Both the position numbers and the translations under genes were made by a program. A stretch of DNA of 52,778 nt from Hydrurus foetidus (taxonomy: Eukaryota). Below are positions 10,986-23,200 of this stretch, in pieces. The stretch covers positions 1 through 52,778 of the forward strand of contig UYFQ01000090.1 of NCBI GenBank assembly GCA_900617105.1, read 5' to 3'. The notes under the pieces are model-generated. The model had not been told where the DNA came from and searched no databases. It saw only the letters and a list, made by a program, of their open reading frames with translations. Every line of letters begins with the position of its first letter. Position 1 is the stretch's first letter.

Positions 10986-13118
10986 CTATGGAATGTCAGG
11001 ATGCTCTATGATGTATCGGATTGCAACGAAGTATTTCTCCACATTTTTCATACTCGACTGGTAGAATCCATAATCATCGGAATGATAGAATTTGTCGGAG
11101 AGAGGGTTGAAGTTCATGTAACTGAAATTTTCGGAACCCTCCCTGTCTGGAACCAACACGTCGGCGTTCAGGAACCTGTTTCCAATTTTGTAAAGCATTC
11201 GCATAAGCCGTTTGTCTGCTGTACGAACATCTTCACGGATTCTCACGGATCTCGAGATTGTTGGACTCTCTGAAAGCCAGGTGAATGCAACCAAGATGTG
11301 TACCATCCTTGGTTCAGCTGCTGTCAAGTCTTGGAAGCTGACAACAATCCCGGAGAGAGGATCAGTAGGAGATCCATCATAGTCGGTGGGAGATGAACCG
11401 GCGAATCTGTTATACTTCTCGACCGAGTTGAGCATTGTGAACAAGTGACGTCTGATCTCACGAAGTCTTGGAAAGGGCTCAAGATGGTAGAACTCTGGGA
11501 ACTCTGCAATGGATTTCGTTGATTGTTCCTTGAAGCGAAGAACATTAAATCGATCGATGTGATTGCTTGACCCATCGCCATTGAAATACTGAGGATCTCC
11601 TGATGTCCAGCCGTCAACATCAGCAGATTGCAAAGTCCTGATGGTTGTAAGTTGGTTCAGCGAATATCCAGCTGGGTTCTTTGCCGTTGCAACTCCTTTG
11701 GGATACCCAACAAGTGATCGGTGGGAATCTGACACGACGATCGGTTTCTTGAAAGGAAACTTCGGTGGAGTCTTTTGATCTTTCTTTGGAGGAGGTGGAT
11801 TCTTGTTGGGCTTCTTGTCAGATGGTGCTCCCTTGTTTGGCGGCGCTGCTGCATGTGAATACTTGCATGAGGAACCGTTGGTACATAGGCCGGCGATGTG
11901 ACGTCTGCACAGCTCCAAGGTTGGAGTAAGGGAAGCCATCTTGTGAGCTACCGCTGGGGCAGGATCAAGAAGCACAAGATATTTGATGGTGTCTTCGTAG
12001 GATGCCTTTGACGTCTTTGATGAGGCCATGATTGATAAGACGCTGAATCTTGCATCATGCTCCAGCTTTTCTTGTAGATGATAAAGCTTTTGATCATCAG
12101 TGACGGGCACGCCACTTGCGACTTTGAGGACTCTGAAGGCCTCTTCGATGGTTGCCACATTCTCCTGAATGGTTTGTGTGGACTTGAGCTTCAGGGAGTG
12201 GAGCTGATCCGTTGCCTTCCTGATGTCGCTGTTCTTGGTGCCGTTGATGTGATCGTAGATAGTCTTGAACCATAAGACCGCATCGTTGTCGGCAATCACA
12301 CGCTTGATCAAATAATGTAAATCTTTCCCAGTAACCATATTGAGAATAACCAATAAGCGATCCAAATCGTGTAATCTTTTGTAGATGTCATCAGCTGGGA
12401 TGACATCATACAATCCTTCTTCTGATAATACCAGTGACCTAGGTGAATACCCTCCAGGGTTCCGAGCAGTAATGACTGGTAACTCACGATCGCCTTTGGC
12501 TAATGTAAGAAGTTTACATTCACCTAGAGCGACCATGAACGTTTCCATATTGTCGCGGTTGTCCTTCCCAGAGTTGGAAAACTTGGGCATCGAAAAGAAG
12601 AATTTCGATTGCGCAGAGGTGGTATCCAAGTATTCTGATATGGGCACCGATAGGATAGAAGAAGCCTTGGGCGTTGAAGCAGTTGGAATAGAGGCAGATC
12701 CAACTGTTGATTTCGGTTGGGAGACCAACGGTGGAGGCTGTTGGATCTTAGAAGACATTATGTCGATGAGCCTTGCCACATCGGCGAAGGAAAATCTTGT
12801 CTCTGCATCCTGAGCCTCCAAATTGTCCGAAAATAAAGTTGGCGCTGTGGCTCCGAGATTCCGCGCCCGAGGTGCTAAAGGTGGTGTCGGAACAACCTCC
12901 TGATTTTGAAGGGCTAATTCCACCTCGTCTAGAAAATCACTATTTGGATTTTCTAAAGGAGGAATTGCTCCTGTCCTAGATCTTGTAACTCGACCAGTGA
13001 AGATGGGTTGAGCTGCTTCGATCAGAGTTCTGAACGGATGTGTAAGAAGGTCGGCAAGAGCCGGCGGAGAGTCTGTGTTGGACAGCTCGAACTCGTCTTC
13101 AGATCCATTATCACTCAT
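10986..13118 (-). CDS. gag: copia gag-like protein with CCCH zinc finger
   Basis: CRRHIAGLCTNGSSCKYSH; homologous to ORF 2439-5987; continues by frameshift into 10677-10943. Confidence 0.8.
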   Translation of the reverse strand: MSDNGSEDEFELSNTDSPPALADLLTHPFRTLIEAAQPIFTGRVTRSRTGAIPPLENPNSDFLDEVELALQNQEVVPTPPLAPRARNLGATAPTLFSDNLEAQDAETRFSFADVARLIDIMSSKIQQPPPLVSQPKSTVGSASIPTASTPKASSILSVPISEYLDTTSAQSKFFFSMPKFSNSGKDNRDNMETFMVALGECKLLTLAKGDRELPVITARNPGGYSPRSLVLSEEGLYDVIPADDIYKRLHDLDRLLVILNMVTGKDLHYLIKRVIADNDAVLWFKTIYDHINGTKNSDIRKATDQLHSLKLKSTQTIQENVATIEEAFRVLKVASGVPVTDDQKLYHLQEKLEHDARFSVLSIMASSKTSKASYEDTIKYLVLLDPAPAVAHKMASLTPTLELCRRHIAGLCTNGSSCKYSHAAAPPNKGAPSDKKPNKNPPPPKKDQKTPPKFPFKKPIVVSDSHRSLVGYPKGVATAKNPAGYSLNQLTTIRTLQSADVDGWTSGDPQYFNGDGSSNHIDRFNVLRFKEQSTKSIAEFPEFYHLEPFPRLREIRRHLFTMLNSVEKYNRFAGSSPTDYDGSPTDPLSGIVVSFQDLTAAEPRMVHILVAFTWLSESPTISRSVRIREDVRTADKRLMRMLYKIGNRFLNADVLVPDREGSENFSYMNFNPLSDKFYHSDDYGFYQSSMKNVEKYFVAIRYIIEHPDIP

Positions 13119-13539
13119 GATTGCAGGGTTCTGAAAGTTGAGGAAGGAAATTCAGAATCCTGGAATCCACGGCAATCGTTTAATCACTATAAACAATCGC
13201 TACCATGTAAGACTAAATACAAGATGTCACCTTCTAGCGTTCGCAGCGAAGGTGGAGAAGCAGCTGCAGGCTACTGTCTCAATTCAGTGAGCTATCGAGT
13301 AGACGAAGCTGTGAAGTACAACGTATTAAATTCTGATTAGAGTTTACAGATAGCCACGCAAAAGAGCTATCAGAACAGTTCATGACAGTGAAACTACCTT
13401 GAGACAAAGTTCACAGCGAGATGTGTTGTTCATAGCATGTGCTTGAGGAACGTTGCATGAATGCTTATAGTAACGAAGTGTTTTGGCGATACTGAAGAAT
13501 CATGAAAGGCGAACGTTCATTTGCGTGAGGTCAGAGGGT

Positions 13540-14052
13540 TCGTACTAACTGATACATGGCGATAGTACAGGGGTACGTATGCGTGTATATGTATATGAAC
13601 GTACATGCGTGAGTACTAACTGCTATATGGCGATATTATAGGAGTACGTATGCATGTGTATGTATAAGAACGTACATGCGTAAGTACAGGGGGGGTACTT
13701 ACGTATGTACGCCAATACATCTATGTACTACGCTACAGGCGATCGTACATACGTACATATTATATATGTACATACATGTGTAAGTACGTGTGTGTACGTA
13801 TGCATAAATGAGTATGTACTAACCACGTACGTATGTACGTGTGTGCGTGACCATACAAGTGTACGCTATGCTATATGCGTGCGTACGTACGTACGTACAT
13901 ATTGACTATGTACGTACATGTGTAAGTACGTGTGTGTACGTATGCATAAATGAGTATGCACTAACATGTGTAAGTACGTGTGTACGTGTGCATGTGATCA
14001 TATCTGCATGTGTACTTACGTACGTACTTGTCGCATAACGTACATGTATATA
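13540..14052. repeat. GTAC/ACGT/ATGT-rich alternating purine-pyrimidine degenerate repeat, probably within the copia 2 LTR
   Basis: A ~44 bp unit TACATGTGTAAGTACGTGTGTGTACGTATGCATAAATGAGTATG is duplicated at ~13773 and ~13915. Confidence 0.8.
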
Positions 14053-14160
14053 TTTGAAACTATATTTGCGACTATATTACTACAGACATATCTTGATAGA
14101 ATCAAGTGGTCTGACAGGTCGATTTGATCATCAATAGTTCCGAAAGCGCGGCATCACTGG

Positions 14161-14547
14161 CCAGGAGAAGCAGATGACAGAACAATAGATTGGTATTGGG
14201 AAAACGTTGGAAACGTTGGAAACGTTGGAAAAAGTGCCTTTTGCAAGTATATGGTAGTTCACCATAATACCACATTCTGTTCTTCTGGAAAATATGCCGA
14301 CTTAATAAATATTGTGTATAACACTGATATGGATACGTGTAATGCTATTATATTTGATATTCCAAGAAATCACAAAAACAATATCTCCTATAGTGCTTTA
14401 GAATCTATAAAAAACGGTCTTGTATGTAATACTAAATACGAAACTGGTAATAAAGTGTTTAATAGTCCGCACGTTATTGTGTTTGCGAACTGTCCACCAA
14501 ATATGGAAGAAACTATGAGTAAAGACCGATGGGTAGTAACCGAATTA
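14161..14547 (+). pseudogene. rep: endogenous CRESS-DNA virus Rep, SF3 helicase domain fragment
   Basis: DDRTIDWYW..GNVGKSAFCK (Walker A), IIFDIPR (Walker B), YSALESIKNG..KY, PHVIVFAN (motif C), SKDRW. No HUH domain is visible. Confidence 0.88.
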
Positions 14548-16128
14548 ACGCCGGAGTTCCTATATCTTCGTCGTCGACTTCGACTTCAGCTTTCGCTTCA
14601 TCGTCGTCGCTGTCATCTTCCCCGTCATCCTCCCCGTCATCCTCTCCGTCGTCCCCGTCGCCACTACTGGCGTCGGACTCGTCGGAGGAACTGTCGGGGT
14701 CGCCACCATCACCTCCCCTTTCGTTGGCGTCGTCGACGTTGTTCTCGCTGTCGCCGTCGTCGTCGGGGGGTTTGTCGTCGTCGTTGTTGTTGGCATTGTC
14801 GTCACCGTCGGCGTCAGCCTCAGGCTCCGGCCTCGGCTGTGCCGTCGTCGGTTGCCTCATTGGTTTCGACTTCGACGCCAACCGATGGTACGACTAGGTC
14901 GTCCTCTGCACAGATCTCCCTCATTCTGGGGCGGAGTTCAGAGTTGTGTCCCCCTTTTTTTAAGTACCCGCGGGTATCTAGGGGAGATTCTGTCTCGCCC
15001 TTGGCGTCCTCAGGTGATATCCCGAGTAGCTCGTCGTTTGAGGGCTCTAACGCGTCGGCAGCAGCTTGTGCAGCTGCTATTGCTGCTTGCTTTTTTTGAT
15101 GAGCTGTTTGCATCTTTTCGGCTGCTGCCATGACGCCTTTGAGATATTTCTCTGAGTCTTCGGGACGCGTTGTGGTGGCTGAAACATGGATTGCTTCTTT
15201 AGCCAGAGCCACTATCGATTTCTCGATGTTTTGCTTTACAAGGGCCTGCTCCGCTTTGTGCTTGTCCTTCTCAGTGAGAGGAGCACTGCGCGAAGCGCTT
15301 GGAGCTGAAGAAGCAGAGGCGGCTTTGTTAGAGCTCGCTTTCTTCTTTTCTTGGGCCCTTGTCATTGGAAATTTGTCTTGAGATTGAAATGCTTGTAACT
15401 TGGGGTCTTGGACAGCGACGGAACTCGGATGCGGCGCTCTATGGAGCTGAGGATATGTACTCGCAGCTATGATGTGGTGGGATCGGAGGATTCTAGCAAC
15501 TCGGGTGAACTTCTTTGAATACTTTCGTGCAATTTCGGAGGAAATCGCTCGAAAAGTTGCGTGGCGGTTTGAACCTCTCACGGAACAAAACTGCGGGCGT
15601 TTGGGCCAGCTTTTGTTTCTGGAACGATGGGACTTGCTTTCGCTCGTCTTAGACTTACTTGCTTTGTTACGCTTCGAGTTTTGAAGTCGTCAACGATGTT
15701 TCGCGAAAATATTGACGAACCGAGCTTTTCAAAGAAAGAGTTTCAGAGGCTGCCGATTTGACGTAGCCTTTGTGGTGTCTTTCAACGTTGTTTTCACTTG
15801 TTGCCAAGTTACTAGCTTGTCTGCACGCCGTTTTACGGGTCACGATGTTTTTGCAGCACGGTTTGGAACTGGTCTCTGAGATGAGCACCAAGTTGATCCA
15901 AATACTCGTATTGTGGCCTAACTATGGGCTGAGCGGTGGGACCGATGGGACAGGGCGCGAGGGCAATAGAAAGGCAGCTATGGTGCTGGTGCTGTTGACT
16001 AAAAAATGTGGTCAGCTTACACATAAACACAGAGATAGGCAAGTCATGAATCGGATGGATCGGATCGTCCTCGATCCGAACCGAACGTACGCCGGTACCC
16101 GTACAGCCGTACAGCTGTGCGGGTCACA
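14548..16128 (-). mobile_element. 5' fragment of a gypsy-type element (family B): LTR plus Ala/Lys- and Asp-rich gag-like ORF remnants
   Basis: LTR starts TGTGACCCGCACA at 16128 and is homologous to 43952-44126. PBS-like TGGTGCTCATCTCAG near 15890. ORFs 14820-15581 and 14513-14881. Confidence 0.7.
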
Positions 16129-17330
16129 CGGGTAACCATGAGCGGGTACGTCGACGATGTACTAACCACAGCGGGACTACTGGGTGTATCGAAAGCACCA
16201 GCCACCGATTGGTTGTTCACCGTGAGAGAGGACGCCGAACTGGTACCAAAATCAGTCAGGCAGTGGTTTCACAAGATCGTGGCAATGCTACTATATCTAT
16301 CAAAAAGAACGCGCCCTGATTGTCTTACTGCTGTGTCCTACCTCGCAACCAGGGTGACTAAGTGCGATATGGACGATGTCGAGAAGTTAGTCGGGCTAGT
16401 GTGGTACATACGGGGAACTAGAGAAATGGGGGTGGTGTTGAGATCAGGCGAGATAGGGGTGCAAGTCAGACTATATGTCGACGCATCATATGGTGTCCAC
16501 ACAGATGAACGTTCACACACTGGAAGTTGTGTGGTTATAGGGGACGTCGGGTCAGTCCACTGTCAATCTACCAAGCAGCAGATAGTCACGAAGTCGAGCA
16601 CGGAGGCGGAGCTAGTGGGGCTATCCGACTCGGCCAATCAGGCGATCCGCATCCAAGATTTTCTCTCCCTGCAAGGTTATAAGCTTGGTCCTATTGTGGT
16701 ATACCAAGACAACTTGTCGTGTATGGCACTACATGCGAGGGCGTTCTGGGGCAGAGCGTAAACGGCACATTTCCATCCGGTACTTTTGGGTGAAGGAGCG
16801 AGTGGACAACAGTGAAATGTTGATCAAGCACAAGGGGACGAAGGAGATGTACGCGAATGTACTTACAAAGCCACTTCAAGGTGCACAGTTCCAGTACGAG
16901 AGGGAGTGCCTCACCGGATTGCCGCACCAAGGAGCGACGCAGAAGATCTTAGCTTAGTCTGCACTGTAGTCATATGCGTGAGTCATTGCCTGCACTGTGT
17001 CATCGCCTGCGCACTAACTGGCATCCATCTTAGGGGTGTGTTGGATATTATGTAACTAGGGTGTGATTCCAGTTAGTGCATGTATGAGTACTTAAGGTGC
17101 GGTCAGCGGTGTAAGTACGTATTGGTTAGTCAAAACCATACAAAATTGTTTTAGATTAGAATTGTTCAAGTGTGTAATGCAAGCTTCGTGAATTAGCCAG
17201 GTAGGGATGGAGTTGACAAGCTTAATCAACAAGTGAATAGCAACTAACAATTCTATTTTACGATTCTTGGTGAGAATCGGTAACAGCTCGGACTACCAGC
17301 GCAACCTGGGTGTAACTCGGTTTTCCAACA
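16129..17330 (+). mobile_element. 3' end of a Ty1/copia element: RT C-terminus, RNase H, PPT and 3' LTR
   Basis: TRPDCLTAVSYL, YVDASYG..RSHTG, SSTEAELV, YQDNLS, RHISIRYFWVKE, ANVLTKPL. Frameshift near 16735. Confidence 0.92.
17039..17330 (+). repeat. copia 3' LTR (292 bp)
   Basis: TGTTGGA...TCCAACA inverted termini, preceded by purine-rich TAGGGG. Confidence 0.85.
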
Positions 17331-18525
17331 TTATATACGAAAAATTTCGACGCCAAAACCTCATGAAAATTGATGAAAAATCAAAACCAGAACCAGATAA
17401 GGGTTTCCGATCGCTTTTCGATTAATGGTTTCTTCTTTTTTACCACCTCACGAATGGGAAAGGAAATCAAACCAAACCAAACCAAACCAAACCTTTCCGA
17501 ATCCTATTTCGGGGTCATTCTGTGAGATCACATGTAACAGTATCGGCGTCACAATTTGCTTTGCAGACGATGCCACAACCGAAACAGTCAAGCAGCGCTC
17601 TGTTTCTGTCTGAAGAAGCAAGGAATTCAGATCTCGAGAATGTTGATATATTTACAGCAATGGGGAAGAAGTCGAAATATTTTCGCCAGCGAAAAAAAAG
17701 AAACCCTCGTCAGCGGTACCTGCGAAGTCGATGGAAACTTGTCATTTCGGACGCCATGCGACTTGCCTTTGTCCTCCTATGTTGGGGTGGTTTCTCAGGA
17801 TGCTCCAGGAGATGTAATGTCACAGTAGGAATGTCGATGAAACTTTTGGTTATTTCAGTGATGGTGAAAGTGATTTTAGTGGAGAAGCAGATGATTCTGG
17901 CCCAGATTTACACGATGAGCCCGATCAGATATTCTCAGATCCAGTGAAGCTCGAACAGCAGAACCCGATGGATTTCGACGGGAAAATAAACTCCACGTTC
18001 GTGCAAGCAATTCAAATGCGGTGAAGTGTTGTACAACAGCATTTTTAAATTGTCGAACACTAGGAACCCTACCGGTTTTTCAATTACGATGAACCAAGCT
18101 GTGCAGTGCCTCACGTTGTTGAGACTGTTACCGATCAGTGATGTCGGGAGTACCACATGGTCAAAATGCAAGAAGGATAGACGCGATGTCCTCGTAAAAA
18201 AGCTATTCTTGGAGCTTGAAGTTGGTTCGAATACATGGAAATCAGTGACATCAGCGATATTGGAAGGATTTATACCAAGAAAATTAACCGTAAAAAAGTG
18301 TCTGTGCCAGTATTAATTAAAGACGATGATCTATATGTGAAGGAGTCAACGGGAAGTATTTGCGATCGTACCGCACTACTGGCTTGTGCGATTGCTGATC
18401 CCGAGCTTTTACATTTATGGCAGGACATTTCCAAGCCCATAAATGTGGGCGCTCGACCGGGTAATTCATTCCTGATCCTAATATTTGATATTTGTTGTAT
18501 CCATTCCAATATAGCTTTTATTCGA

Positions 18526-18685
18526 ATAAATTCAAATCATTTCAAACCATTTCAAATAAATTCAAATAAATTCAAATAAATTCAAATAAATTCAAATAAA
18601 TTCAAATAAATTCAAATAAGTTCAAATAATTGAAACCAATTCAAATAAATTCAAATCATCTCAAATAAATTCAAATAAATTCAAT
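18526..18685. repeat. AAATAAATTC decamer minisatellite, probably intronic
   Basis: Tandem units visible; bracketed by GTAATT (18461) and TTTAG (18700). Confidence 0.85.
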
Positions 18686-19407
18686 CTTGGCTACTTTAGG
18701 TAGACCAAATGATATAGGTCAGCATAAAATACCCCACCTTCTAACTAAAATTACGGAAGCTCTCTCAATGGTAATCCTTTGAGACGAAAGGATATTATTG
18801 AAAGCCAGCATTTTTTGATAAAGAGCATTGGTATTGGTCTTGTTTGCATACCTATGCAAACAGTGCAAAATATCAAAGTTAGATTGAAATAAGATCAATT
18901 ATAAAAACAAGCAAGTTACCTCAGTTAATGATCACAGAATGGTGTTAGGTGCATGCCTCCATAAGAAAAATAAGCCTGTCGAGGACGAATGTTGCTCATG
19001 CAGGGGAATATCCACTCTCATCCTTCATACATAAATCAGTCATTCTGTAGGCGGCGACATCATTAGTTCCTCCAGGCCACTTTGTGATGGTACAGGATTT
19101 AGTACCACATTCCTACCCTCCGTAGTACCGTATAGCCGTTTGTACATGTGGCTGAGAGTCCTTCTGACATCTCGCAGCTTGTTAGCTTACCTTGCAACTC
19201 TTGCATGCAGAGTTCTACACCACTCTTCTCGTTGTAAGCCTAAACTACCATTCTGCCACTCCTCTAGCTTCTTTGGACTACTGTAGATCTACTCGTTCCG
19301 CTTTTCCCTCTAAATTCTACTACCTGGCCCTTTACTACCATTCATCTATTTAGCTAGACTTCTGTCCACGCGGCCCACCGAGTTGTCAGAAGTCCTTCCA
19401 AATCATT

Positions 19408-19430
19408 TGGTTGGAGAACTCAGGATCGAA
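19408..19430 (+). promoter_or_regulatory. primer binding site with 23 nt tRNA 3'-end geometry
   Basis: TGGTTGGAGAACTCAGGATCGAA; its complement reads TTCGATC-CTGAG-TTCTCCA-A-CCA (T-loop, T-stem, acceptor, discriminator, CCA). Confidence 0.75.
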
Positions 19431-20205
19431 AGCAAACGTTGTCAATCTAACGACACATTTCGCGTAACCCAGCGACAAAGGTATCCCCTATCTGAATTTC
19501 AAAAGCCGATCAAGTCTTCCAAGCTCAAGGAAACTCAAGGAGCTTTCAAGATTTTCAAAGGAGGAAATCAAGATCTTCACGGATACCCGATCGCCACGTC
19601 GGTTGCCAGCTCTAAGCATTTTCGACGCCAGCTGAAGAACAGAAGTCAATTTCTGTTTGAAGCAACATAGGTATCCCCTATCTGAATTGCAAAAGACTTC
19701 GCGGGCAATCATCAGCAAGACTTCAAGCCTGTTTTCAAGACTCAAAGCAGCCATCAACTGCTCCTTTGGATCCGCCAACAGGAACCTGTTGGTGAGCCGA
19801 AGATCGGATTCCAAGTGCTTCCTGAAGAAAACTTTTCTGATTTTCTTTATTGCTTATATTGCCGATCCCAATCGATCAGACACTTGTCCAACCGATACGG
19901 CACGAGGCAAACCTCTTGCAAATTTTTCTTCAAGAGAAAGAGATCTTAGAGGAATTTAATTAAGAAGCGCTCAGCAGCTCCTCAGACAAGATGACACCAG
20001 AGCAACCGCTGTGAACTCCCTCTCCTCCTCCGGAGATACCAGAGTTATCAGAGGAGGAGATCAGAAGCTTCGCGGAAACAGGGAATGCGGAGCCTTCAAG
20101 CCCGGTTAATGAACCCAACCTGTCATTAACATCAAGGGGAGGAGAGATCCAAACTCCCTGGCTTCGTCCATAACCAAAGCTCTTTCTTTCAACAAGAAAC
20201 TCTTT

Positions 20206-23200
20206 GTGTTACAGAACACTCTCATCAGCTCGGATCAAGCAGAGAGGTTCCTCGCACAGGCTGTCACCATGGGCGACTCCATCGACATCCAACAAACAAT
20301 GACAGAAGCGGCCATGGATACGCTGGACATGAAAATCCGGTGCGACCCTTCGCTGAAGGTCCTAAACAAGTCGGAGGTATCTCTGTGGAGGACAAGACTG
20401 TCACACCTTGAAATCGCCCGTCTCGTCAGCCAGTACTTTGGCAAGAGACACGACGAGAAGAAGACCCTGGCCGAAGTGTTCTCCAAAGTCAAGTTCCAGT
20501 ACTGCATTGATAATGAAGATCATGAGATACTGATGATGGCGGATTACAAAGAGGTCATAAAGGGGTACACCCGTACGGTGGGGGAAATCACTGAGGAACA
20601 GCGGCGAGACCTCATTAAGATCTTCGAGAAGCGTGTCGCGGCGGAGGAGTCCCAGATCCGCCACGACTACTTCGACATGAAGAAGGCAGACAAAGTCGAG
20701 AGGATGGTCGCGTTCATATCGAACCCCAACAACCCTCAGACCGAAGACGCCTGGTTGACATGCGTCTACCGGTTCTGCAAGACACTCGCAGTTCAAGGTA
20801 GCTCAGTACGGCGATACCTCCATCGTCCACACCTTCCCACCCACTAGCGTCAAGCCTATGACATCAGCGTCTGGATGGTCAGCTCCCAGCAACTCTGCTG
20901 CGTCAGCCTCCACCCGTTCGACGTCAGACCTAGTGCAACAAAGGAGCGAGCGCCGAGCGTACAACTCGGATCCGGCTGAATGCCAGTGCTGCGGTTTCGC
21001 AACACACCGTGTAGCGGACTGCCCCTTCAAAGGCTTACATGACACGAACAATCAACACCACGTGCTATGGGGCGAGTCTACGATGGGAAAGGCATGGATG
21101 GCAGAGGGTCATGACACCTTCGTGGAGCATCTGTATCTTCCAGGATGGGAGCTTCGTCGGAAGAAACGCGCGGAGGAGTCCTCAGAGGATGCTGATACAT
21201 CCAAACGTGTCCGTTACAACAGCGAGTCTGAGGACGACCGTCCCGCACGAGACCGACGCACGCTGCAGGAGCGGGAGAGAGACGACCGCGATCTGAACGA
21301 ACGCAAAGCACGCGAGCGACGCGCAGACCGTGGCCGTTCTTCCAACCGTGAACGCAGTCGTGACCGAGACGATGACCGCAGAGACAGTCGTAAGTACGAC
21401 AACAAGAAAGGAGGCGGACAGGGATCACGCCACAACAGGGCCAGGGGCAGCTCCCAGCCAAGGAGCAGTTCCCAACCAAGATCCAACAAAGGAAGTAAGT
21501 CTCTAGCGACTGTAGACTCTGTCCATGCACTCGCGCCTGCATCTGACATTCTTGCTGCCATACAGCCGCTTACTGCGTTACCTGCACTTACAGTTGTCTT
21601 ACCCATCCCCGTACGTACGGATCTTGTACCCTCGGATGTGCAACCTCCCATCTCGACTGATCCGACTGATTACCTTTCTTGTAATATCTTTGCTGTACAG
21701 CGTAAAGACACTCAAGACGCGGTAATGGAACATTCGAAACAAGTCGAGGGGGATGCGCTGCTGGACACGGGAAGCTTTCCGGGGAACTTCATCTTGCGTG
21801 ACTGCTTAGTCAGGATGAATGCACCGCCGTACATTTATACCTCACCTGTATACAGTGGCCTGGATCGCACCTGTTATCTGAGTGTCAATGTTGTAGAAAT
21901 AGGCATCATTTTTCAATCACACGATGATATAATACACACGGTGTACTTCACGGTTAACGTAAACCCTGATCAAGAAATCGATTTAATTATGGGTCGGACA
22001 ACCCTAGCGCTAAATAATTTTAACATTTTGACACCATCCGCTTTGGGTATCAGAACGCCGGCCGCACCACAACTGCCACCTCTGGCAGCTAAAATGCCCG
22101 TCTCGGACAAACCGGATAAGCCCCCTAAAGACTATTCCCGTAAGACGGCCAAAGCGAAACCTCTTACCTTTAAGGTGATTGCTTCGACACCGGCTGTTGC
22201 TGAACCGAAGACGTTGCCAGCGCGTACTTCTGAGAAGTTGAACCCCTCACAGCGCAAGAAAGCAGCAAAGGAAAGAGCGAAACTCGCTGAGAAGATGAAG
22301 GCTAAGTATGGTCCCACACCGTCTACCATAGACCATGTCGTTGCATCTTTGGTACCCGTCACCGACACTCAGCCGACTATATGCTCGCCAGATTGTAAGT
22401 GTGCAGCCCACAACGGTCTTGCTAACCGCCCGGCTCGTGGCAACGAGGGTCGTCAGCTTCCAGGCAACGTAGTTGCTGCCTTGGCTGTACGTACGGACGA
22501 AACACCGCGTCCGGGTGTCGACCCCCCTCACACCCCTTCGCACACACCACTTACAGAAAGCGAAGATATTCTCCACCCTGTCTGCGTTAAGCCCAGTGGT
22601 ATCATAGTCTCCGTCGATGAGATTGATAATGAGAAAGTCGACACCTTCGGTGCTTTCTTCAGCAACAACAAGGGACTTCATAGAGTGGAGGACGGCACCC
22701 AAGCTTGCTTGCAACAATTTTTGTTCGCTGGTAGTGAGACCCAGGTACACAGATTAAAACATCTTGTCATGGAGTACCGAGACATCTTCAGTGATGTGCT
22801 CGCAGAAAGAGCCGCGGACCTAACACCGCTCCGGTTTAACGTGGAAGAACCACTGTGGGAGACACCAGGGAACCGGACCCCGTGTCGACCCCAGTCGGTC
22901 AAGAACAACATCGAGATAGAGAAAGCTATCACCACGATGCTTGCTGACGGCGTCATTGAGAAATCAAACGCCTCGTATTATAGTCACCCCGTGATTGTAC
23001 AGAAGACAGAAGATAAGGTGCGAGTCTGCATCGACTACAGGAACCTCAACAATTGCATCAAGCCCGCCAGCTGGCCCCTCCTTAACATTGGTGGGCTATT
23101 CGAAAGAATAGGACATAACAAACCGACTGTGTTTGGTGTCATGGACCTGACTGCGGGATATCATCAGGCCCCACTATACCCGCCGCACCGAGTTCTCACT

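Larger units (their letters stand above)
7940..14084 (-). mobile_element. Ty1/copia LTR retrotransposon 2 (5' LTR, PBS, gag, PR, IN, truncated RT)
   Basis: PBS 13194-13205 after ...CTTACA; VIDSGAST protease; HVHRVLGH..CAAC; FSLD/IRAD/IAER; WKNAIDTELKKF..KKARLVGRG. The outer LTR boundary (TGTAGT near 14084) is tentative. Confidence 0.85.

Noticed and set aside
14251..15099. 282 aa Rep fused to an Arg-rich capsid-like tail
   Set aside because: The Arg-rich part is the antisense reading of an Asp-rich minus-strand ORF beyond a compositional junction at 14547.
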